Below are positions 1-9,396 of a stretch of DNA of 64,000 bases, in pieces. A program made the position numbers and the translations under genes. Positions within the stretch are counted from its first letter, which is position 1. Every line of letters starts with the position of its first letter. This stretch comes from Patescibacteria group bacterium (lineage in GTDB: Bacteria; Patescibacteriota; UBA1384; XYA2-FULL-43-10; 1-14-0-10-43-13). Where the stretch lies: the NCBI GenBank assembly GCA_041674765.1, contig JBAYVE010000003.1, positions 2,040 through 66,039 of the forward strand, written 5' to 3'. Under the pieces are notes generated by a model, which saw only the letters and a list, made by a program, of their open reading frames with translations, searched no databases and was not told the DNA's origin.

Positions 1-213
1 ATCCATGTATTTGAGCAAAGACTGAATCGCTGGACGATCAAATAATCCACCGGAGATGCCTTCGTCGCGAAAAACGCTTTCAACCTGCAAGCCCAGAGAT
101 GCGGCATACTTTCTGCATCTATGTTCTTGGCTATCAAGGCCATTGCCTTCTTTAACTTGTTTCTCTGAAGATACTCGGCAATATATGAGTGCTTTTTTGT
201 ACTCTCCCTCCAT
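1..213 (-). CDS. serine recombinase (resolvase/invertase family), N-terminal portion; gene runs off the window start
   Basis: Reverse-complement of 1-213 translates MEGEYKKALIYCRVSSEKQVKEGNGLDSQEHRCRKYAASLGLQVESVFRDEGISGG... The YxRVSSxxQ and GLDSQ motifs are typical of serine recombinase catalytic domains. The ATG overlaps the stop of the upstream ORF (TAATG coupling). Confidence 0.7.
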   Translation of the reverse strand, partial: MEGEYKKALIYCRVSSEKQVKEGNGLDSQEHRCRKYAASLGLQVESVFRDEGISGGLFDRPAIQSLLKYMD

Positions 214-407
214 TAGTCAAACCTTTCTAGGTACCCGGTTATAATTGTATTAACAATACCAATCACACTATTTTTTATATCAGCGATCTGTTCTTTTGGT
301 AAATTATATTTTGCAAGATACTGCTGGCACTCTTCTTCGGTTATTAACCCATCAAGTTCCTGATTGATCTTTGATTTCTTTTTATGTGAGCTCATTTTTC
401 CCCTCAA
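213..407 (-). CDS. hypothetical 64-aa protein, last gene of the T4SS-like operon before the recombinase
   Basis: ORF in the track. Translationally coupled to the recombinase start. No recognisable motif. Confidence 0.35.
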   Translation of the reverse strand: MRGKMSSHKKKSKINQELDGLITEEECQQYLAKYNLPKEQIADIKNSVIGIVNTIITGYLERFD

Positions 408-516
408 TTTACTATCCTGATAGTGTTAGTATATATCCGTATAGTGTTGTTTGTCAAGAAAAAGCTCGATATATTTATCGAGAGATATGTAGTCCTATAA
501 ATGATAAATTGACAAG

Positions 517-1137
517 CTAGTTCTCAAGATTTCCACTCAAGAATACTCTCTGATTTACAGGTATTCCAAACACATTAATCTGCAAATGCAGATGAGGACC
601 AGTTGACCAGCCCGTATCGCCTCGAGTGCCGATAATAGTTCCTAATTCAACTTCTTGACCTTCTTCAACGGCTATCGAATCAAGATGAGCATAGATTGAG
701 GTAATATGATGACCGTTATCAATTTTTACATGCTTCCCGAAGCCGGTTGCTGTTTCGCCTGCATAGATGACTTTTCCTTTCATGAAAGCACCGACCGGAT
801 CGCCGGTATTGCCTGCGATATCGATTCCAGTATGAAATAATTGATAAGGCGAGAGTTGTCCGAATTCGAGTGAAATATTGCCAGTTGTCGGCCAGATTCT
901 TGGCTCCTCAATAACATCAATAACTGATCCGTCAGATGGGTCATAGATTTCAACTAATGAAGTTATTGGATTAATGTTTGCCAGAACATCGGAAACAAAA
1001 TTAAAGCCTGCCTGAGTTAGGATTATGACGGTAAAAACAGGCAGCAAACAGATAATAGCAATGGTCCAAAAGAAAAGTTTGATCTCCTTTTTCATTGAAA
1101 AAGCAGCAATGATCAGTTTTAATGTTTGCGGATTCAT
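517..1137 (-). CDS. M23-family metallopeptidase (cell-wall hydrolase, likely the T4SS-associated lytic enzyme)
   Basis: Motifs HTGIDIAG (HxxxD) and GPHLHLQI (HxH). N-terminal TM helix. Start overlaps the VirB4 stop (1134-1137). Confidence 0.8.
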   Translation of the reverse strand: MNPQTLKLIIAAFSMKKEIKLFFWTIAIICLLPVFTVIILTQAGFNFVSDVLANINPITSLVEIYDPSDGSVIDVIEEPRIWPTTGNISLEFGQLSPYQLFHTGIDIAGNTGDPVGAFMKGKVIYAGETATGFGKHVKIDNGHHITSIYAHLDSIAVEEGQEVELGTIIGTRGDTGWSTGPHLHLQINVFGIPVNQRVFLSGNLEN

Positions 1138-2924
1138 TTTCTTTTAGAAATAATCTCTGTTGGATCAGTGGTAATTAAAGGATGTTCTTGCTCTGAAGCG
1201 GTCACTTTAACGGCGACATGGTGCTGATCTGCGATAATAAGGGCTTCACCTCGCTCACAAGTTAGTAAAAATCTTTGCTCAAATTCACTTAGATGGAACT
1301 CTGAAGCGACACCTTTAATAGTTGTGGTATCTTGGCGCATTAATATTCTTAGAGAACTTTGAGAAGCTATTGCTCGGCCGTAGACATTGCCCAGAAAATC
1401 ATTTGCCTGTTGAGAGATGATACTTACTCCTAAATAATATTTTCTTGCTCGTCTGACTAATCCGGCAATAAATCTGGCACTTTCCTCATGTTCAAGCAAA
1501 AGCCACGCTTCATCGATCACTAAGATTCTCTTGCAAGGGTCTGATTTAACTTGGTTTTGAACGAATTGAGCAATGACCAAGTGCATGATTTGCCGCAGGG
1601 ACTCTGGTAGATCTTTGGTATCAAAGACTACCAATCTATTATCTAGTTCAATGTTCGTTTGGGTATCGAAGACCTTAGATAATGAACCGGTCGTGTACTT
1701 TTCTAGTCTTTGGCAGAGTTTAACCTGCTTCATGCTGCGGAGAGTGACATATAGATCATAAAGCTTTGGATACGTTCGGGCATTTTTCTTTTTAATTGAG
1801 TTCTTCTGTGTCCAGCCGGCTTTTTGGTAAGTCTTGATGATTGCCTTGTCTACCACAGATTTCTCTTCGGCACTCAAGCCCTCGGCCATGAGCGAGATAA
1901 TTTCTGTTAAAGATTGGACATGATCGGCGAAGCCTTTTTCCTCTGAAAAAGCATTGACTTCAAGATCGAATGGATTGATCTTTTCTTTAGAATGAACGGA
2001 CAATTTAATATATGTGCCGCCAACAGATTCTGCGAGTCTTTTGTATTCTCTCTCGGGATCGATAACGATTACTTTGGTGCCCTGCATGAGGTGTCTTAAA
2101 ATTTCGACTTTGGCGGTGTAGCTTTTGCCTGAACCTGATTGAGCGAAGAGAATACTGTTGGCATTAGGTAAACTGAATCGATCGAGAATAACCAGTGAGC
2201 TATTTGATCGGTTGATGCCATAAAGTACGCCTGATTCATGAACAAGTTCAGAAGAGATAAAAGGAAAGGTTAAGGCGGCACTCGAACTATCAAGGTTTCG
2301 CTTTTGGCAAAGCTGGTTATCACAACGGGGTAAGACTGATTGCAATCCTTCAATTTGCTGAAAGATAGCAGGCTTAGTATAGAAAAGCCTGGTTGCAAGG
2401 ACGGTATCTAAGAGTTTGATCGTTTTGTTGAGTTCAGCTAAAGAATCGGCCGATAGTGTGATATATAGGGAAACTTGAAAAAGATTCTCCTGCCCTCGTT
2501 GGATTTTGTCCCGCAGATCCATGGCTGAGTCGAGTGGATCGGTTAGCTCCGAACCAATGATCTTTCCGGCTCTCTCCATCGCTCTCTTGGTTGAGATTAG
2601 CTCGGTGATTTTTCTATTAAGCTTAGGTAAAGCAAGAGTCGCATCCACAGGCTCGATGTGGTAAGCGATGTCCACGTTGTAATTAAAATTGATGAGATGA
2701 TTTAGCCATCCGCTTGATGCAGTGTAGGGATAGCCGGAGATGAAAAGAGTTTTCACAAATCTGCCGTCAATCTCAAGATGATTTTGAAATTCTTCAAGTC
2801 CTGAATAGGTTATAAAATCGAGTTGGTCTTGGTCGCCAAGGTGGAAAGATAGAGCCAAGTCCTTTTCTTTCTGCTGAGGAGCATGCTTCTTTTTAGCTTT
2901 CTTTTTTGTTTTAGAGAAAATCAT
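1134..2924 (-). CDS. virB4: VirB4/TrbE-like conjugation ATPase (ATPase domain)
   Basis: Walker A AQSGSGKSYT and Walker B VIDEAWLLL. Size and neighbourhood (VirB6-like, pilin-like, hydrolase) fit a T4SS. Confidence 0.8.
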   Translation of the reverse strand: MIFSKTKKKAKKKHAPQQKEKDLALSFHLGDQDQLDFITYSGLEEFQNHLEIDGRFVKTLFISGYPYTASSGWLNHLINFNYNVDIAYHIEPVDATLALPKLNRKITELISTKRAMERAGKIIGSELTDPLDSAMDLRDKIQRGQENLFQVSLYITLSADSLAELNKTIKLLDTVLATRLFYTKPAIFQQIEGLQSVLPRCDNQLCQKRNLDSSSAALTFPFISSELVHESGVLYGINRSNSSLVILDRFSLPNANSILFAQSGSGKSYTAKVEILRHLMQGTKVIVIDPEREYKRLAESVGGTYIKLSVHSKEKINPFDLEVNAFSEEKGFADHVQSLTEIISLMAEGLSAEEKSVVDKAIIKTYQKAGWTQKNSIKKKNARTYPKLYDLYVTLRSMKQVKLCQRLEKYTTGSLSKVFDTQTNIELDNRLVVFDTKDLPESLRQIMHLVIAQFVQNQVKSDPCKRILVIDEAWLLLEHEESARFIAGLVRRARKYYLGVSIISQQANDFLGNVYGRAIASQSSLRILMRQDTTTIKGVASEFHLSEFEQRFLLTCERGEALIIADQHHVAVKVTASEQEHPLITTDPTEIISKRK

Positions 2925-3528
2925 ATTCTCCTGTTCTTTTTATAATTGCCTGAGCCAATGGTTGAATTTTCGCCTGTTCTGGTCGGTAGAAACTGTAAAA
3001 TAAATCAAGTATTTCGAGACTTGAGAGTTGTCTTGCAGTCATGCCAATTTTTTCTAAACCTTTAATGATGATTTCCTGTTCGAGCATAAGCTGTTCTTTC
3101 ACTGTAGGAAAATCAACCTTTCCCTTATTGTCATGAGGAATTACAAGGTAAAATTTTCGAGAGAGAATTTTATTGCCAGAAACGAGCTTTTTAATGAACT
3201 CTGAATAATTTTTAAGTTGATCCTTGTAGATTGTTTCGGTTTCATTCTTAAGTTTCCCCTCGAAGTCCTCGAGATAACGGTCAATATCAAGTTCTCTGAC
3301 TCGGACCAAGATTTGAATCGGCATTGTCAGGCTGTTTAAGAAAGCTTGAAAAGCGTCAACGATCACATCCTGTTCTTCCTCGCTTTGGAGTTCAAAGTTT
3401 AAAGAAGAGGTCGATAGAATTGTACGATAGCGATCATCCGGCAAGATTAGAATTCCGTCTCTTACCTCCTTGATCCCGATTTGAGTTCGAGCTGAGCCGT
3501 TAGTTTTCGGCTTTTTTGAGTTCAACAT
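2911..3528 (-). CDS. VirB4 N-terminal-domain-like protein (VirB4 appears split into two ORFs)
   Basis: 205 aa with IKEVRDGILILPDDRYRTILSTSSLNFELQSEEEQ, resembling the N-terminal region of Gram-positive-type VirB4 (PrgJ/TcpF). Overlaps the ATPase ORF by 14 nt. The downstream ATG has its own AGGAGA RBS. Confidence 0.45.
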   Translation of the reverse strand: MLNSKKPKTNGSARTQIGIKEVRDGILILPDDRYRTILSTSSLNFELQSEEEQDVIVDAFQAFLNSLTMPIQILVRVRELDIDRYLEDFEGKLKNETETIYKDQLKNYSEFIKKLVSGNKILSRKFYLVIPHDNKGKVDFPTVKEQLMLEQEIIIKGLEKIGMTARQLSSLEILDLFYSFYRPEQAKIQPLAQAIIKRTGEYDFL

Positions 3529-4006
3529 TTAAACCTCCTTTCTTTGATGGTTTAAAAGAAAGCCTTACCAAATTTTCATTGAATAGCTGATCAATCTTTA
3601 TCTGGTCATGCAAGCTGATTGTTTTGGTGTTCTTGCTTTCCACTTTAATTTCTGTTTTCTTTGCTTCAGTAACTTTTGGTTCTTTGATAATAATTTCTCG
3701 ATGGATTGGGTCGTTTTTGGTAAAGATGTATCGCCTTGGACGGGAGTTGAAACGAAGTAAAATGACTAGCCATTCACCCAAGATCTTGCCGTTAAATCGC
3801 AAAGATAAACCGCCAAAGAAGATGAACTCGATCGCAATCAAGGTCATCTTAATAGTACCAAAGTGCATCTTGGGCATGACAACGGCATAGATCAGAGCGC
3901 CTATTACCATAGACATTACAAGGAGTACGATCTGGGGCAATGTTAAATTTCCGGCGATTCTATCTTCAACGGTGGTGATTTGGGCTGGCACTACTGTAGT
4001 TTTCAT
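3500..4006 (-). CDS. small 2-TM membrane protein at the VirB3/PrgI-like position
   Basis: 168 aa with two hydrophobic helices, then a Lys/Glu-rich tail. Sits between the VirB6-like and VirB4 genes, overlapping both. Confidence 0.35.
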   Translation of the reverse strand: MKTTVVPAQITTVEDRIAGNLTLPQIVLLVMSMVIGALIYAVVMPKMHFGTIKMTLIAIEFIFFGGLSLRFNGKILGEWLVILLRFNSRPRRYIFTKNDPIHREIIIKEPKVTEAKKTEIKVESKNTKTISLHDQIKIDQLFNENLVRLSFKPSKKGGLNVELKKAEN

Positions 4007-5286
4007 CTGGCGCTTGCTCCTCTCTTAACAGTTTCCTTAACAACGGTGGTATTCTTGGCATTGGATACTGAAATTACATTCATGATCTGGCCGCCAAGCT
4101 TTTTCATCATATTTGAAGATCCGCTCATTAAGGCTAGTTGGATTGCTGTTCCTGTGCTCTTCAGGAGAATCGAGAACAAGGCAATACCGATAAGGATTGA
4201 AATGACCGGATTTGCTCCGACCTGTCCGGGGACTGTAAGGAAAGCGGAAGCAAGCTGAATTATGACTACATGGATAAAAACGGTAAAAATGGTGATGAAA
4301 TATGCCTTTGTTAGATTTGCGGCAAAATCTGCCATACTTGGGATTAGCGCAATTGCGCAGACAAGCGGAGAGATTACAGCACCGAAGGCAAGAATCATAA
4401 GGCGCGAGATGTAGAAAAGAAGTAAGACTGCTGCAAGGATGATGAAGATAATAACGAAGATTAAGGTAATGAGCGCAGTTGTGCCACTCAGAAAACTTGC
4501 CGGATCAAAAGCATTTAATATCCAAGCTGTACCTAATCCTCCAGTGGCATTTAAAATGGAATTAACTAATGTCTGGCAAAGCTGAATAACCCAATCAATC
4601 AAAAAGATTGAGGTGTTAGCTCCGACAAAAGCTAGGGCAACTTTGGGCCAAAGATCTTTCAAACTCACTTCTTCAAGGCCAAAGGTGCTTCCGCTCATCA
4701 CTCTAAAGCCAAGCAATGCAATGATGATCGCAAAGAGTGAATCTGTGATTCCGACCATGACTAACCAAAAATTAAAAACAACAGAATTTGAAGCTAATGA
4801 TGGAGTAGAAGTCAGAAACCAAGTTATGCCGTCAAGGACCGGTTTAGTGGCCGACTGGATGATATTTTGCAAGAAGCCAAAGATAGCATCAATAATGACT
4901 TGGGCTAAAGAGTTATCAGATTCTACTGGCTCAATCGGACTCATATTTAGAGCAGTTCCAGTTGCGTTATTGGCAGGCTGTGTCATCGCGCTATTTAGCA
5001 TTGAGCTAAAAACAAAAGCCCCAATAACGATTATTAAACCAATTAAGGCGTTTCTAATCGTTCTCTTTGCTTCATCGAGAGCAGCAGGATTGCCGGTTGA
5101 AGTGATATACAAATACCCGCCACGAACAAGGAAGAAAACCACAGCAACAGAAGCAAGACCGATCAAAGCGGTCATGGCGTCATGAGTGAAATTCTCAACC
5201 TCTGGATTGGAAGCGGCAAAGGCGATGGCGGGAGAAAACAGAATAGCGCAAAAGAGAATAATTTTAGTGATTACTCTTTTCATCAA
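4003..5286 (-). CDS. polytopic membrane protein, VirB6/TrbL-like, with an N-terminal pilin-like domain
   Basis: 427 aa with a signal peptide (AFAASNPE) and many TM helices. N-terminal segment RGGYLYITSTGNPAALDEAKRTIRNALIGLIIVIGAFV is paralogous to the adjacent 116-aa pilin-like protein (GGIGYITSSGNPENLDRSKKTLVYSSFGLAISIAAFV). Confidence 0.55.
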   Translation of the reverse strand: MMKRVITKIILFCAILFSPAIAFAASNPEVENFTHDAMTALIGLASVAVVFFLVRGGYLYITSTGNPAALDEAKRTIRNALIGLIIVIGAFVFSSMLNSAMTQPANNATGTALNMSPIEPVESDNSLAQVIIDAIFGFLQNIIQSATKPVLDGITWFLTSTPSLASNSVVFNFWLVMVGITDSLFAIIIALLGFRVMSGSTFGLEEVSLKDLWPKVALAFVGANTSIFLIDWVIQLCQTLVNSILNATGGLGTAWILNAFDPASFLSGTTALITLIFVIIFIILAAVLLLFYISRLMILAFGAVISPLVCAIALIPSMADFAANLTKAYFITIFTVFIHVVIIQLASAFLTVPGQVGANPVISILIGIALFSILLKSTGTAIQLALMSGSSNMMKKLGGQIMNVISVSNAKNTTVVKETVKRGASAR

Positions 5287-5290
5287 GGAA

Positions 5291-5641
5291 TTAGTTGAAT
5301 GCGTTCTTTGCTAAATCAGTAACAATGTTAGAAATAACGAAAGCAGCAATTGATATTGCTAAACCAAAACTTGAATAAACAAGTGTTTTCTTTGAACGAT
5401 CTAAATTCTCTGGATTGCCTGACGAAGTGATATATCCAATACCGCCTACTACAAAAAAACCGGCTGCTAATAGACCGGCAATGGTGACGAGGACTTGGAT
5501 AACGTTTTGTGCAAAGTTTTGTACTTTTGCGATATCGCCAGAATCAGCAAATGCCGGTGTTGCTGAAATTAATAGTACGATAAAGGAGAGACCAAGAGGC
5601 CGGAGACGTTGTAACATGATAACCCAACTTTCTCCCCTCAC
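5291..5641 (-). CDS. pilin-like protein (VirB2/TrbC-like), first gene of the T4SS-like operon
   Basis: 116 aa with a signal peptide ending ...PAFADSG and two hydrophobic helices. Shares a motif with the N-terminus of the next gene. Confidence 0.5.
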   Translation of the reverse strand: MRGESWVIMLQRLRPLGLSFIVLLISATPAFADSGDIAKVQNFAQNVIQVLVTIAGLLAAGFFVVGGIGYITSSGNPENLDRSKKTLVYSSFGLAISIAAFVISNIVTDLAKNAFN

Positions 5642-5804
5642 ATTTTATATTTAATTTACTAAGCGCTTGCTAACTATTTATTATTACCAATAAAAGGTTA
5701 AATAATTATTAAATTAATCTAAAGAAAAACTTAAGGTTGTTATGAAATTGTCATACCTTACTTTGAATATATGTAGCAATTGCTTGCTTGTCAAGAGGAC
5801 TATA

Positions 5805-6191
5805 TTACTTTGCCTTTTTTTCAACTAGTTCATTTATCCTGTTTACCAATTGTTCTGGCAAGATATCTATCTTCATAATATAATCATCGGCATCACCACT
5901 GATCCTGTTTTGATCTATAGGATTCAGGTTTAGTGCCGTGAGAACAACCACTACTATATCTTTTATTCGAGGATCTTTTCTAATTATCTTTAAGAGTTCA
6001 TCACCTTGCATTTTAGGAAGCATTAAGTCCAGGAGAATAGCATCTGGAAGGTATTCTTTATCTTTAAACATCTCAATCGCATCTTCGGCAGAATAAGCGA
6101 TTTTTACTTCCCATTTGGCAAATTCAAACCTCATTCGATATAAATCGCTACATCCCCAGTTATCATCAACAATAAGTAATTTTTTAGACAT
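5805..6191 (-). CDS. stand-alone response-regulator receiver domain (CheY-like)
   Basis: LLIVDDN acid pocket, LLDLMLP phospho-acceptor Asp region and a conserved Lys region. No output domain. Confidence 0.8.
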   Translation of the reverse strand: MSKKLLIVDDNWGCSDLYRMRFEFAKWEVKIAYSAEDAIEMFKDKEYLPDAILLDLMLPKMQGDELLKIIRKDPRIKDIVVVVLTALNLNPIDQNRISGDADDYIMKIDILPEQLVNRINELVEKKAK

Positions 6192-6239
6192 AAGCCTCCT
6201 CGCGGAGCAGTTGTATATTAAATTTTAATTAAGTAAACG

Positions 6240-7880
6240 TTAAAGAACTCTTAAATTCGTACCATCGGAGTGAATTCTCGTTGCCTGTCTTATTTCTTTA
6301 TACTCCAGTGGCAAGGAAAAGTAAAAAGTTGAACCCTTATCTTTATCCGATTCAAGCCACATATCACCACCATGAAGATTTATTATATTTTTAGAGATAT
6401 ATAGCCCGAGTCCTGATCCTTGCTGTTCTTGGGGATTCCTAGGGTCGAATCTGCCAGCTTGATAGAATTTTTCAAAGAGGTGTTTTTGATCTTCCTTTTC
6501 AATGCCGATACCTGTATCAGCCACAGAGATAACAACTTTATCATCCTTAAGCTTCGAAGTGACTGCGATCTTGCCATTATTGGTAAATTTATTGGCATTG
6601 TTAATTAAATTAGTTACGACTTCCCCAATTTTGCTTTGGTCAATTGTTAGTTTAGGAAGTGACCTGCTCATTGGAATATATGCAATTGAGTTGCCTTTTT
6701 CTTTGGTCTTAATTTCCAGACTGGAAACAATCTGTGAGATTAATGGATCAATATCTGTCTCAATAGGATTAATTGTTAATCTATGTTGATCAATTCGAGC
6801 AACATTAAGAACATCTTTTGATAGATGAGCCAGCCTCATTACTTGATCAAGTATCGGCTGAAAGTAGGCTTTCTGTTCATCATCTAATTTGCACATGTTT
6901 TCTCTAATAGCCATATCCATTCTACCTTGAATAGCTGTAATCGGAGTATTTAATTCGTGAGTAGCCATCTGAAGAAATTCATCTTTCATTCGATCAAGCT
7001 CAACAAGTTCTTTTTTATCATGTTCTAATTGTCTAGCCAATTTCTCGTTTTTTTCAGCATAAAGTATCTGCTGTTTATTTTTTTGAACTAACATGTTGGC
7101 AGCTACAATAGTTAGAATCTCCAGAAAGACCTTTATTACAAAACCAATTTCTTGGGTTGAAAATAATGCTAGACCCATCGAAATGACTATAAAATAAGCA
7201 ATTATTTCAACAGTCGCAGTTTTTAAGTCCATTAAATGTTCTTTCATAATTGCATACGCAGTTAAAAGAACTAGTACAATAGAACTTGGACTATCCAGGA
7301 CATTATATTTTGATATGCCCATCGAGGGCAAAACAAAACCTACAATCGACGATACTATAACAACGAAAGCCAAACCGATACCAAAAAGTTTGATTTGTTC
7401 TTTGTATTTTTTATCGCCCTTGTGATATCGCCAAATAAGTAAACCTAACAATCCCACAAAAAGGATAATCACATATATAGTATATATGCCGAAAAGAGGT
7501 CCGGTCTCGTAATGAGAATAATCAGTTATTGATCTAATCATGTCATTTGAAGTAAAGAATAAGACCACAAAGACTGATGCAATAAGAAGTGCCAAATAAT
7601 TAGCCGCCCTTATAATCCATCCGGAGAGCTGGCCTCCCAAAAGGTTGATAAAGTAGAATGCTGACATTATCAAAAATGGTGCAAGCGCATATATAACGTT
7701 TAACACCATCAAAGAATTGGTTGTTTGAAGAAAATAATTTAAGATTACCCACGTTCCTGTTAGAAACGTAAAAAGAGAAAACGATCTGGTTAATGGCTTT
7801 TTGTAACCAGATTTTATAACGTAAAAGCTGAGTATGTAATTAAATAGTGCTACGATTAAAATAAATTGCGACATAATCAC
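6240..7880 (-). CDS. sensor histidine kinase with a multi-TM N-terminal sensor
   Basis: H-box HELNTPITAI. HATPase_c G-boxes DTGIGI and GSGLGLYISKNII. About 7-8 N-terminal TM helices. Confidence 0.85.
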   Translation of the reverse strand: MIMSQFILIVALFNYILSFYVIKSGYKKPLTRSFSLFTFLTGTWVILNYFLQTTNSLMVLNVIYALAPFLIMSAFYFINLLGGQLSGWIIRAANYLALLIASVFVVLFFTSNDMIRSITDYSHYETGPLFGIYTIYVIILFVGLLGLLIWRYHKGDKKYKEQIKLFGIGLAFVVIVSSIVGFVLPSMGISKYNVLDSPSSIVLVLLTAYAIMKEHLMDLKTATVEIIAYFIVISMGLALFSTQEIGFVIKVFLEILTIVAANMLVQKNKQQILYAEKNEKLARQLEHDKKELVELDRMKDEFLQMATHELNTPITAIQGRMDMAIRENMCKLDDEQKAYFQPILDQVMRLAHLSKDVLNVARIDQHRLTINPIETDIDPLISQIVSSLEIKTKEKGNSIAYIPMSRSLPKLTIDQSKIGEVVTNLINNANKFTNNGKIAVTSKLKDDKVVISVADTGIGIEKEDQKHLFEKFYQAGRFDPRNPQEQQGSGLGLYISKNIINLHGGDMWLESDKDKGSTFYFSLPLEYKEIRQATRIHSDGTNLRVL

Positions 7881-7958
7881 CCTTATTTATTGCTTGACTT
7901 TAGTATAACAGAAACGAGCCCCGGAACAAGATGTTCTAGGGCTCGCTGATACGTGCAC

Positions 7959-9227
7959 TCATATTACGCCGAGAGTTCTCCCTGCATAAGCAAGTGCATC
8001 GAGCAATTGCTCGATTTTTGATTCGTCCTTTGCGATGGCATAACAGATATTAATCCGTACCATCGCCTCGTCGATTCCGACGGCAGGTGCGAAATACGCT
8101 GGTGCGAAAAGTCCGCGCTCAAGCAGAATCTCCGCTGCAGCCTTCGCCTTCTGCTCTTCAAAGAAACGGACAGGAAGGATTTGGGTTTCGCAACCCAAGG
8201 TGTCAAAACCCAGTTCTTTGAGACTGCTATTGATATTATCAGCAGCCTCAAGAACTTTCGTTCGGCGCCAAGGTTCCCGTTCAAGAAGATCGAAGACCTC
8301 GAGCAGAGCCGCCGCATTGCCTGGCGACATCGATGTTTGGTATACGTGTGTTCGGCACTGGACTCTCATTTCCTCGCAAAAGGCATGAGTGCCGGTAATG
8401 TACCCACCTTCAACACCGAAAGCCTTGCTTAAGGTACCAATGTTGAAATCAACGCCGTCTTCGACGCCAAAATGTTCGGCCGTGCCTGTTCCAGTGTGCC
8501 CGTACAAGCCAGCGCCATGTGCGTCATCGACGTAAACGGCAGCACCATAGTTATTCGCAAGTGCAACAATTTTGTCGAGGGGAGCCAAACGACCATGCAG
8601 AGAGAAGACTCCATCCGTCAAGATGATCTTGATTGGTGCGGTCGAACTCTGAAGTCTCTTTTCAAGATGATCCATATTGCGATGCTTGAAGCGATTGGCT
8701 TCGACAGCACCGCCGGAAAGTCGAGAAGTTGCCTGACGGATCCCGTCAATGATACTAGCGTGAACCAGCTCATCGAATATAAGATCCACAGGCTGATTGA
8801 TCGACTCCATAACAGTCGGATCCAGAAGACGGATCGCACTTCGAAGTGGTGGTGATGCCAAAGCGACAATAATGCCGATATTGGCAAGATAACCACTGGA
8901 GAATAGCACTGCGTCTTCGGTGCCCTTGAAACGGGCGATCCGTTGCTCGAGCTGTTGATGAAGACTGGTTGTCCCAGACGTAATCCGGGAACCGCCACTG
9001 CCTACACCTAAGAGTGAACTTGCAGCATTAGCTGCCGCAATCACTTTGGGGTGTTGACTGACAGAGAGATAGCTGTTTGTCGAAACATCCAAGCATTCTC
9101 TGTCATCGATAATTGCTGTCCCATCATTATCACGACTTATGATCGAATGATAATGTGGGTAGAATTTGCCTGCCTCAAGTGTTTGCTGGCTGGCATTCAA
9201 ACGGTTTTTCAGCGCTTCGCTAATCAT
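7959..9227 (-). CDS. PLP-dependent class-II aminotransferase of the alpha-oxoamine synthase family (AONS/KBL/SPT-like)
   Basis: GTLSKAFGVEGGYITG PLP-lysine motif and the DDAHGAG motif. The track start (TTG, 9242) was replaced by the ATG at 9227, which is preceded by GAAGGAGGA. GC content is about 50% against about 35% in the flanks. Confidence 0.85.
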   Translation of the reverse strand: MISEALKNRLNASQQTLEAGKFYPHYHSIISRDNDGTAIIDDRECLDVSTNSYLSVSQHPKVIAAANAASSLLGVGSGGSRITSGTTSLHQQLEQRIARFKGTEDAVLFSSGYLANIGIIVALASPPLRSAIRLLDPTVMESINQPVDLIFDELVHASIIDGIRQATSRLSGGAVEANRFKHRNMDHLEKRLQSSTAPIKIILTDGVFSLHGRLAPLDKIVALANNYGAAVYVDDAHGAGLYGHTGTGTAEHFGVEDGVDFNIGTLSKAFGVEGGYITGTHAFCEEMRVQCRTHVYQTSMSPGNAAALLEVFDLLEREPWRRTKVLEAADNINSSLKELGFDTLGCETQILPVRFFEEQKAKAAAEILLERGLFAPAYFAPAVGIDEAMVRINICYAIAKDESKIEQLLDALAYAGRTLGVI

Positions 9228-9396
9228 CTTGTCCTCCTTCAATCATCGACAAGGCGATAATGGCAATTTGACAGCAAATGCTGCCGATTTGATTGCCAGC
9301 CTCTACACAGTCTGTTCTCAGTATCTCAAGTTGCCTTATTATAGCGGCAGCTTGATTCACCTGAGTTTCAGAACACTCAAGCTTGTCTGCTGCCAT
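9220..9396 (-). CDS. 58-aa Cys-containing small protein translationally coupled to the alpha-oxoamine synthase
   Basis: ATG at 9396 is preceded by AAAGGAG. Product MAADKLECSETQVNQAAAIIRQLEILRTDCVEAGNQIGSICCQIAIIALSMIEGGQDD. Stop overlaps the AOS start (ATGATTAG). No DSL phosphopantetheine motif, so not a canonical ACP. Confidence 0.4.
   Translation of the reverse strand: MAADKLECSETQVNQAAAIIRQLEILRTDCVEAGNQIGSICCQIAIIALSMIEGGQDD

Noticed and set aside
1573-1761. Short ORFs on the strand opposite to long, motif-bearing genes (e.g. 1573-1761, 4613-5185, 6383-6789, 8181-8998, 12744-13171, 21511-23595, 27068-28751, 32317-33185, 35257-36393, 52425-52667, 56153-57841)
   Set aside because: Each is embedded antisense in, or overlaps, a confidently identified CDS and has no motifs. 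These are typical shadow ORFs.
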